Positions 54,031-64,000 of a stretch of 64,000 bases of DNA are shown here, in pieces. The DNA is from the human T2T-CHM13v2.0 reference genome, Homo sapiens. Numbering within the stretch: position 1 is the first letter of the stretch; the number at the start of each line of letters is the position of its first letter. A program made the position numbers and the translations under genes. Below the pieces are notes generated by a model, which made no database searches, had not been told where the DNA came from, and worked only from the letters and a program-made list of their open reading frames with translations. The DNA lies in NCBI RefSeq assembly GCF_009914755.1, contig NC_060944.1. One strand, given 5' to 3'.

Positions 54031-55578
54031 TATAGCAAAAGGCTAATGGAGCCTGGGAACACGGGCAAAAAGGGCATTTGTTCCTTCACTGCAGGCTCAC
54101 CTAAGGTCTAGAGTGCAGTTCTCTACCCCCACTGGAGGCAAGAGGATATATCCTTGGACACAGGGTAGACAGGAAGAAAATCATCAGAAACCAAAGCAGA
54201 TTGTACTAAATCTTTCTGATTCTAGCATAGCAGCATCAACAGAGCACAAAGTCATCTCAATAAATTATCCCATCACATTTGTTATACCACAGTGAACATT
54301 TTAATATAGTAAATCTTTCCATTTTCTTATTTACACTTTCCTTATTTTATCTTATTGACGTTGTGCTTGAGGAGTTCCTAATTCAAAGATACCTGACTCA
54401 AGCCTTGTTACTAGGGAAGAGGGAGTGAGAAGACGCTGCAGACGTCCAGAGAAGCAGACAGATAGTCCACGATGCCAAAGAATCTTTGCTGGAGGAACTG
54501 CATCAGGCGGGGCCTGAGAACCGGTGGTTTCTCGCCAGCATCCGTCATCCGGCTGTTTCTCAGCTCCGGCTCCAATCTGGAGACCGAGCCATGCCTGTGG
54601 ATGCTTCCCAAGAAGGATCTGGTGGGGTGGGGTGGAATTTTTTTTCTCCCTCCTCTCCCTTGAAAACATATTTGACTGCTTTGCAATCCAAACGCAAACA
54701 GCCTGACAATGTGCTGAAGTGCCCTGAAATGCAGGGAGCTGGGCCATAGAGAGGTTCAGAGGAGGGATTCCTCCTGCAAGGCCCTTGGACAGGAGAGCCA
54801 GGGGGTCTCTCAATAAGGGGGCCGGCCTGCGGGAGGACCTTGGGAATACGTTCTAATTTTCTAATACAGGAAACTGGAAGAGCCAAATGCCTTGGGAAAG
54901 AAGGGTTTGTTTTTTAAACTGGGAGCCTCATACATATATATGAGATTAATATTTTATCCTATAAGAAAAGTCTACAGTTGGGAGAAGGCAGTGGGGGTGG
55001 GGGGCAAAACCCTAACACAACATGTGCCATGGTGACTGCTGGAAATGCAGCCCACTGGGCACACAACCCAAGAACTCTGCGTGCATGCTGCCCCTAGGCT
55101 GGGAGTGGGCTTTGGGTGAGCTGTCTGTTCTCCCGGCCAGGTTCTCACACCAGCCTCCAGCCAGCAGAACCTAGGGATATCTGAAAAAATGTCCCCTCAG
55201 CACGCTTCTCTTCAGCCCCTCAATTGCCCCTAAGCTCTTCCCACCATGCTTTTCAACCATCCCTTCTTTTCCTTTCTACCCAGGATACTGTTCTTTGAAG
55301 CTTCACGGTTAAGCCAGACTGTGTCCCACTGGTCTCTTGGCGGGAGGGTCTCCCCATTAGAGCTCCCTGAGAGGGACTGCACCCTGGGAAGTTCAGTCTG
55401 AGGAGATTCCATCCCATCCAGCTGGTCTTCCCTTCCCCTCCCCTCCCTTTCCTCTTCTCCCTCTCCTAACACTCACTGACAATCTACTCTTAGCAGGCAC
55501 TGCTCTCAGGGCTGGAGAAATAGTAATGAACAAGGCAGACCAGGTCCATGCTCTTCTTAATCATTTGTTTTTTGGGGG

Positions 55579-56815
55579 TGTGAAAAGTTAAAGTAGAGGT
55601 TCCTCTTCAAAGAGACTTTCCTGTCTAATTAAGAATAAATAATAACTTCTCTTAGAAGCAAAATTTAGTCCGGGAGGGAGGTGGGGGGTCAGCCCCCCAC
55701 CCAGCCAGCCGCCCCGTCCGGGAGGTGAGGGGCGCCTCTGCCCGGCCGCCCCTACTGGGAAGTGAGGAGCCCCTCTGCCCGGCCACCACCCCGTCTGGGA
55801 GGTGTACCCAACAGCTCATTGAGAACGGGCCATGATGACAATGGTGGTTTTGTGGAATAGAAAAGGGGGAAAGGTGGGGAAAAGATTGAGAAATCGGATG
55901 GCTGCTGTGTCTGTGTAGAAAGAAGTAGACGTGGGAGACTTTTCATTTTGTTCTGTACTAAGAAAAATTCTTCTGCCTTGGGATCCTGTTGATCTATGAT
56001 CTTACCCCCAACCCTGTGCTCTCTGAAACATGTGCTGTGTCCACTCAGGATTAAATGGATTAAGGGCGGTGCAAGATGTGCTTTGTTAAACAGTTGCTTG
56101 AAGGCAGCATGCTCGTTAAGAGTCATCACCACTCCCTAATCTCAAGTACTCAGGGACACAAACACTGCAGAGGGCCAAAAGGGTCCTCTGCCTAGGAAAA
56201 CCAGAGACCTTTGTTCACTTGTTTATCTGCTGACCTTCCCTCCACTATTGTCCTATGACCCTGCCAAATCCCCCTCTGTGAGAAACACCCAAGAATGGTC
56301 AATAAAAAAAAAAAAAGAAGCAAAATTTACTCAAAGACCTGTGCTAACATTACTAGGTATCTGCTAGCTGTAATAAAGAAATCAACGTACTTTGTGTTCT
56401 TTGCTCCCACAATTTGCCCTGGCATGCTTAATACTAGTCCACGCAAGATTAGGTCATAGCCTGTTTGTCTTCCTTCTTTGGAGGTGTTTTTACCTTTCTC
56501 AGCATTCCACAAGTTACTTCCTCCTTCCTTTGTTTTCCTGTGCCTTTGCCTCTTTTAGAAGGTTCCAAGTTGCTAGCCAATCGGGACACATACAGAATGT
56601 GAGGTCCCATTCTAGCCAATGGAAACCAGGCGCAACAGTAGGGTGGACATGTCAGGTTATAAATAACCCTGTCTCCTTTGTTCAGTGTACTCTCATGACA
56701 AAACTACTGGCGAGTGTACCCTTTCTGCAAAAAGTAAAAATTGCCTTGCTGAGAAAATTAAATTGATGTTCAAGTGCTATTTCTTTATGGCACCAGGGAA
56801 CAAGCATTTCAAACA
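55579..56815 (+). mobile_element. LTR10-family (HERV-I) solo LTR interrupted by SVA
   Basis: aaagtagaggttcctcttcaaag..., two CCAAT boxes, TATAAA, ATTAAA, caagcatttcaaaca end; TSD gggg. Confidence 0.8.
55668..56315 (+). mobile_element. 5'-truncated SVA (SVA_D-like): VNTR end, SINE-R, polyA
   Basis: gtccgggagggaggtggggggtcagcccc VNTR; SINE-R; AATAAA/A-tail; perfect 14-bp TSD agaagcaaaattta (55654-67/56316-29). Confidence 0.95.
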
Positions 56816-56864
56816 GGGGCTTTGGGGGGGTTATTTTATTTATTTTTTGTCAGAACATATTATT

Positions 56865-57960
56865 AATTTGTTTATACAACAAATATTTACTGAGCACCTA
56901 CTCTGGGCCAGCCACTGTTCCAGGTCTTGGGGATACAGAATTGAACAGACAGAACAAAAATCCCTGCCCTGGTAGAGTTTGCATTCTATGAAGACATTAA
57001 ATCAATCATGACAAAAATTATTCATTCCCAATGTGTAGCTGTGACCATGAAATAGCACAGGGTGTTAGCTCAGGACAGAAAAAAAATCCAGCCTGATCAC
57101 CCCACAGGAACAGCTTTAATTGAGGCTTCCTGGAAGGGGAGTCACCTAGGAGAAGGGGAGGGTGATATCATTTGGATGTCCCACCCAAATCGCATGCTGA
57201 AATGTAAACCCCAGTGTTGGAGGTGGGACCTGGTGAGGTGTCTGGGTCATGGGGGCTTGGTTCTGTCCTCTCGATAGTGAATTGTCATGAGATCTGGTCA
57301 TTTAAAAGTGAGTGGTACCCCCTCTCCACCCTGCCGCCCACACACACTCTCTCTCGCTCCTACTTTCGCCATGTAATGTGCCTGCTCCCACTTCACCTTC
57401 TGCTGTGAGTAAAAGTTCTCTGAGGCCTCCCTAGAAGCTGAGCAGATGCCAGCACCATCTACAGCCTACAAAACTGTGAACCAATTAAACTTTTTTCTTT
57501 TATATAAATTATCCAGCCTCCGGTGTTTATTTATAGCAACCCAAGAACCACCTAACACAGAGGGTAAGAAGAAGGGCTCCAGGCAGAGATTCTGGAGATG
57601 GAAGACAGGATCATTTGGAACTGAAAGAAGAATGGCGTGAGAGAACCTAGGAAGAAAGCTGAGGGGTGGACAAGGCTCAGCCACACACAGCCTGGTAACT
57701 GAGGATTCGCGTCTTTGTCCTCAAAACAGCAGGGAGCCACAGAAGTGTTTTAAGCATGGGAGGGACACTATGAGGTGTGTGTTTATAAAACATGGTGCTG
57801 GTGGCTGGGCAGAGAAAAATGGCAGGAGGGACAGAGTAAAAGCAGAAAGACAAAGGCAGAGCTAGGGCAGGAGCTGGGGAGGTGGTGGTGGTTTCGAATA
57901 CAGTAAAGGCTGTGAAGATGGAGAGAAAAAAATGGAGGGAAATTTGAGAAGTAGGCCTCA
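56865..57960 (-). mobile_element. L2 fragments interrupted by MST LTR
   Basis: caacaaatatttactgagcacctactctgggcca...; agggagccacagaagtgttttaagca. Confidence 0.7.
57163..57559 (+). mobile_element. MSTB-like solo LTR
   Basis: tgatatcatttggatgt...acctaacaca; perfect 5-bp TSD gaggg. Confidence 0.9.
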
Positions 57961-57977
57961 CTGGTAAGGAAACTCAC

Positions 57978-58372
57978 TGTCTTTATTTTGCTGCGGTTGC
58001 TGTAACAGAGTACCATGGACTGGGTGGCTTAAACTGCAGAAATTCACCATTTCACAGTTCTGGAAGTTAGAAGTCCAAAATCAAGGTGTCAGGCAGGATC
58101 GGTTCCTTCTTAGGGCCAGCAGGGAAGGAGCTGTCCCAGGCCTCCTTCATTGGCTTGGAGGTAGACATTTTCCTATTCTTTTGGCGTCCCCTCTGGCTGC
58201 ATGTCTATCTGTCTCCAAATTTCACCTGTTTATAAGAATACCAGTCATCTTGGATTGAAGCCCACCTTCATTTTAACTGGAAGGACCTTATCTCCAAATA
58301 AGGTCACATTATTAGGGACGGGGAATTAGGACTTCAACATATGAATTTGGGGAGGACAATTTAATCCATAAT
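57978..58372 (-). mobile_element. MLT1A/B-like LTR
   Basis: gctgtaacagagtacca..gactgggtggcttaaac...tctccaaataaggtcacatt...gacttcaacatatgaattt. Confidence 0.75.
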
Positions 58373-58436
58373 GTGGGGTCCTAATAAGTAAACAACAATA
58401 CAGAAGGGGCTGCAGGTTTCAGGGGAACAATCATTC

Positions 58437-58750
58437 TGAGAGACAGATAATCACAGACAACCCACTGCCACAACATCCTATTCCCAAATCCTCATTCCGC
58501 ATGTAGCCTCAGCAGCATGACCTTACCTACACACCTTATCTGCACGTAGCCCCTCTGGTAGTACCCTTTAAAACTTCCCTCCAGCCCCTGCTTCTTGGCA
58601 GACAGCCCTTTCTCTGTAGTACTGCCTGTTGCACCCTTGCAACATATCTTTGTACTTTCTCTAGCAAATCTGCCTTTATTTACCTATGACTGTCTTGGTA
58701 AATTATTTTACTGCCTGTGATGCCAGCCCCAGCCGGTCTCACCCGCAACA
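58437..58750 (+). mobile_element. ERVL LTR (MER73/MER74-like)
   Basis: aaacttccctccagcccctgc...aaatctgcctt...tgtcttggtaaatt...cacccgcaaca. Confidence 0.5.
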
Positions 58751-58760
58751 CATAACACTA

Positions 58761-59069
<309 letters not shown>

Positions 59070-60010
59070 GTCCAAAGGGAGTGAGAAGAAGATTAAATGT
59101 CCTTTCATGGGTTTAGAGAGACCGGTTACAGCAACTCTGCTGGCATCCCTCTTACCTGCCTAGACTGTCTGTGTGAGGGTTTGCTTGTTTGCTTGTTTCA
59201 GATGATGCCTTCCAGAGAGCACCACCCAACTCTTGAGATGCCCATCATTTCCAAAGATGAAATCTCAGGCCCAACAGACATTCCTGCTGGATATCTTAGC
59301 CTGGGGAGGGACAAAAGAGCCTGAACTGGCCATAAAGTGTGTGCCAGCAACACCTAAGTAGGACACCCAGGAAGGCCAAGAAGGGAACCCAGTAAGGGGC
59401 ATATTTTCCTTCTTTTTCCAAAAACGTCCGGATATTTATCGCAGTATTACTGTCTCCTCCCAGAGGTCCCCACATCTGATTCATAGTCACTTGACTCGGG
59501 GGTGCTTGTTAAAAGGCAGCTTCCCAGGCCCCACCCTTGGGGATTCCAGGGTGAGACCCCCAGACTGCTATCTTCCTCCCATGCCCCAGCTGGCTGTGGT
59601 CTCCAGTGGGGTTTGGAAGCTGCCGCTCCACCAGCCCTTCTTCCACGGCCTAAAGATAGACATGCGCTCAGGGCTGTGCGGAGCCCGGCGGTTTTGATCT
59701 GTGGGGAACTGGCACAATTCCTGGCCCTTGTTTGTCCCTCGAAGTTGTCTCAAGGCAGAATCTAATTTCCATTTCTATTCCTGCCTCTCAACTCTGACTA
59801 CTTCAGCAAATGCCTTTCAATTGCCCCATTTTTTTTTCTTAAAGAACCACCTCTAACTTCAATTTATATATATATACATAAATGTATACATATGCTATTT
59901 CCCCTGTTCCAGAAGCTTTGTGCTTTCTACCTCAGGGAGGGGTTTAGAAAAAGATTTTATTTGTCCTACCTTTGATTCCTTTAAGTCAACAGAGACAGCC
60001 TTAACATGAC

Positions 60011-60294
60011 TTTTTTTAGAGAATGGATCTCACTGTCGCCCAGGCTGAAGTACAGTGGGGCCGATCATGGCTTACTGCAGCCTCGACCTCCTGAGCTCAA
60101 GGGATCCTCCCACCTCAGCCTCCCAAGTAGCTGAGACTACTGGTGTGCATCATGCCCAGCTAATATTTTTATTTTTATAGAGACAGGTGTCTCCCTATGT
60201 TGCCCAGGCTGTTCTCAAATTCCTGGCCTCAAACAATCCTCCTGCCTCAGCCTCCCAAAGTGCTGGGATGACAGGCATGAGCCACTGCTTGGCC
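60011..60294 (-). mobile_element. AluJ
   Basis: gatcatggcttactgcagcctcgacctcc; flanking ctta(a)catga duplication. Confidence 0.92.
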
Positions 60295-60308
60295 TTACAT
60301 GATATTTT

Positions 60309-61534
60309 TTTTTTAATTTTTTTAGTATTTATTGATCATTCTTGGGTGTTTCTCGGAGAGGGGGATTTGGCAGGGTCATAGGACAATAGTGGAGAGAAGG
60401 TCAGCAGATAAACATGTGAACAAAGGTCTCTGGTTTTCCTAGGCAGAGGACCCTGCGGCCTTCCGCAGTGTTTGTGTCCCTGGGTACTTGAGATTAGGGA
60501 GTGGTGATGACTCTTAACGAGCATGCTGCCTTCAAGCAACTGTTTAACAAAGCACATCTTGCACCGCCCTTAATCCATTTAACCCTGAGTTGACACAGCA
60601 CATGTTTCAGAGAGCACGGGGTTGGGGGTAAGGTTAGAGATTAACAGCATCCCAAGGCAGAAGAATTTTTCTTAGTACAGAACAAAATGGAGTCTCCTAT
60701 GTCTATTTCTTTCTACACAGACACAGTAACAATCTGATCTCTCTTTCTTTTCCCCACATTTCCCCCTTTTCTATTCGACAAAACTGCCATCATCATCATG
60801 GCCCCTTCTCAATGAGCTGTTGGGTACACCTCCCAGACGGGGTGACGGCCAGGCAGAGAGGCTCCTCACTTCCCAGACTTGGCGGCCGGGCAGAGGCGTT
60901 CCTCAGTTCCCAGACGGGGTTGCGGCCGGGTAGAGACGCTCCTCACATCCCAGACGGGCTGCCGGGCAGAGGCGCTCCCCACATCCCAGACGATGGGCGG
61001 GCCAGGCAGAGACGCTCCTCACTTCCTAGACGGGATGACCGCTGGAAAGAGGCGCTCCTCACTTCCCAGACTGGGTGGCGGCTGGGCAGAGGCTGCAATC
61101 TCAGCACTTTGGGACACCAAGGCAGGCGGCTGGGAGGTGGAGGTTGTAGCGAGCCGAGATCACGCCACTGCACTCCAGCCTGGGCAACACTGAGCACTGA
61201 GTGAACGAGACTCCGCCTGCAATCTGGGCACCTCGGGAGGCCGAGGCGGGCAGATCACTCGAGGTCAGGAGCTGGAGACCAGCCCAGCCAACACGGCGAA
61301 ACCCCGTCTCCACCAAAAAATACAAAAACCAGTCAGGCGTGGCGGCGCGCGCCTGCAATGCCAGGCACTCAGCAGGCTGAGGCAGGAGAATCAGGCAGGG
61401 AGGTTGCAGTGAGCCGAGATCGCGGCAGTACAGTCCAGCCTCGGCAACAGAGGGAGACCGTGGAAAGTGGGAGACAGAGACGAGGGAGGGAGGAGACCGT
61501 GGAAAGCAGGAGAGGGAGCGGGAGAGGGAGAGGG
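60309..61534 (-). mobile_element. Full-length older SVA (SVA_B/A-like) with short VNTR
   Basis: On the minus strand: degenerate CCCTCT hexamers, Alu-like region, ~7 VNTR units, SINE-R, A-tail; 15-bp TSD cttacatgatatttt (60294-60308/61535-61549). Confidence 0.95.
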
Positions 61535-61557
61535 CTTACATGATATTTTGATCAGAC

Positions 61558-61857
<300 letters not shown>

Positions 61858-61929
61858 AATCAGACCCGTTTAATGCTGGTGGAGATGGCCTCTGGTGGGC
61901 CACACTTAAGCACCACTGTGGAATGGCCC

Positions 61930-62339
61930 CTGACTGATGCTGCTAGTTCCTTGCCTGCAGTCCCTCAGCACCTACCTCCACACACTGAAGGTCACTTAGG
62001 GCAAACATTGCAACTCTCCACCTGTGGCTACAGGTGCATGGCCAGTGCACAGGAAGATAGATCAGGAATTGATGGATAGATGCCCCAACTTCCTTATCTA
62101 TAAATTGGGATACCTCTAAGGCAGGTTCTATACTGGATCCCAGTTCCCCAAATGAATTGAGCTCTAGTCGCCCACAGTGGTAACCTGCTGGATAACACGC
62201 CATTTTCTGGCTTCCTTCCCTTCTCTGTCTCACTTCCCCTACTCCTGGACCAGTGTTTCTTGGGATGACATGCCAAGGATATTACTTGTGCTCAAATCCT
62301 TATTTCAGGATCTCCTTCTAAGAGAACTCAAAGCAAGAT
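61930..62339 (+). mobile_element. LTR16C-like LTR
   Basis: gttccccaaatgaattgagctctagtcgcccacagtggtaacctgc...ttacttgtgctcaaatcc...aaagcaagata. Confidence 0.65.
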
Positions 62340-62473
62340 AAGCACTATTCTAAACTGTTCTTCCTGTGCTAGACCACAGCTTACTCAACAACTCAAGTCC
62401 AAGACTGTACTATATTTTGAATTTTACTAGAGGATATTTAGGGTGCAGCACCGTAGACGTTAGAAGGTTTGCC

Positions 62474-62745
<272 letters not shown>

Positions 62746-62899
62746 TAGAAGGCCTTTTTGAGCAATGTTAAATCCAATCCCGTAATTCAAACTGAGTGTT
62801 CCTCTGAGACTTTGGACCAAATTGGGCTTGAAGCTCCAATAAATTGTCAGCATCTGCAAACCCATTTCGGCCAGCATAAGCCATAAGAGTTTTTGGAGG

Positions 62900-63535
62900 T
62901 GGATTGGAAAATGGTGAAGCTACTTTGGAAAACAGTCTGGTAGTTCCTCCAAGTGTTAAATATGGGGTTAACATATGACCCAGCAATTCTCCTCCTAGGT
63001 CTGTACCTAAAAGAACTGAAAATACATGGCTCCACAAAAACATATACACAAATATTCACAGCAGCAGTATTCCAACTAGCCAAAAAGTGGGCATAACCCA
63101 AACGTCCGTGAACATCAATTCAACTAATAAATAAAACGTGGCATACCCACACAATGGACTATTATTCACCCATGAATAAATGAATAAAGTGAATGAAATA
63201 CTAATGCATGTTACAAAATGGACTAAGCGTGAAAACATTATGCTTGGTGAAAGAAGCCAGTCACAAAAGGCCACATATTATACGATTTCATTTCTATAAA
63301 AGTTCAGAATAGGCAGATTCACAGAGCTAGAAAGTAAATTAGTGGTTTCTGGGGATGTATGAAGAGTGACTGCTAATGGATATGGGATTTCCTGGGGGGT
63401 GATGAAAATGTTCTCAAATTAAACAGCAGTGATGGTTGTGCAACTCTGACTATTCTAAAAACCACAGAATTGTATTCTCTTACAAGGTGAATTTCATTTT
63501 ATGTGAACTATATCTCAATAAAGCTGTTATTTGAA
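62900..63535 (+). mobile_element. L1MB-type 3' end
   Basis: tttggaaaacagtctgg..catatgacccagcaattc...gaagccagtcacaaaaggccacatatta...tatctcaataaagctgtt. Confidence 0.85.
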
Positions 63536-63604
63536 AGAGAAAGATGGGGGAGGGGAGTTGAGATTTTTTGTGTTTCTGGTCTCCTGTGAAACCACACCTC
63601 TCAA

Positions 63605-63909
63605 TTTATATATTCATTTATTTATTAGAGGCAAGCTCTTGTTCTATCACCCAGGATGGAGTGCAGTGTCAAAATCATAGCCCACTGCAGCCTCAAACTC
63701 CTGGGCTCAAGGGATCCTCCCGCCTCAGCCTCCTGAGTAGCCAAGACTACAGGCATGCACTACCTCACCTGGCTAATATTTTTAATTTCTTGTAGAGACC
63801 AGGGTCTCCCTGTTATCCAGGCTGGTCTTGAACTCCTGGGCTCAAGTGATCCTCCCGCCTTGGCATCCCAAACTGCTGGGATTACAGATGTGAGCCACCA
63901 TACACAGCC
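63605..63909 (-). mobile_element. AluJ
   Basis: atcatagcccactgcagcctcaaactcctgggctcaag. Confidence 0.92.
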
Positions 63910-64000
63910 TCACACCTCTAAGTTTTTTACAATTTTCTATAGCTCTTCAAAGCCCTGTCACAACCTCAGTGGGCCTAAAAGTCTGGCTGTGGGTCTTGGT

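Noticed and set aside
54352-54886. Cluster of overlapping ORFs up to 153 aa
   Set aside because: Explained by higher GC content; no recognisable domain or splice structure
55752-56132. 126-aa ORF resembling database hypothetical proteins
   Set aside because: Antisense SVA SINE-R translation; a common spurious ORF
56410-56660. p53 response element in the LTR10
   Set aside because: Only imperfect isolated half-sites (tggcatgctt, ggacatgtca); the adjacent half lacks the CWWG core
62444-62464. REST/RE1-like motif tgcagcaccgtagacg
   Set aside because: Left half matches CAGCACC but the right half departs from GGACAG; too weak without ChIP data

Overview
This is hominid (human or great-ape) non-coding DNA; two SVA retrotransposons imply a hominid source. 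I see no protein-coding gene. The ORFs in the track are short and lie in Alu, L1, LTR, SVA or simple repeats, or have no recognisable homology or splice context. By eye, well over half the window is transposon-derived: about 25 Alu/FLAM/FRAM copies, L1, L2 and MIR fragments, many solo LTRs (several with intact target-site duplications, TSDs), hAT/Tigger DNA-transposon relics and two SVAs. The only gene-derived sequence I recognise is a full-length, polyadenylated, TSD-flanked retrocopy of scaRNA SCARNA15/ACA45 (the miR-1839 host) at 26602-26741. Its 3' hairpin is preserved, with an apparent compensatory base pair that changes the seed. Other notable items are an apparently 100% identical 394-bp tandem duplication with a templated 8-nt junction, three ~50-60-bp templated insertions copied from 1-2.4 kb away, several fold-back or template-switch scars, an inverted SVA pair 4 kb apart, and a 22-bp minisatellite that creates RBPJ/E-box motifs next to an octamer-rich LTR. 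I found no convincing new biological system; the best leads are hypotheses. Repeat subfamily names come from recalled consensus sequences, not a RepeatMasker run, and boundaries of old repeats are approximate.
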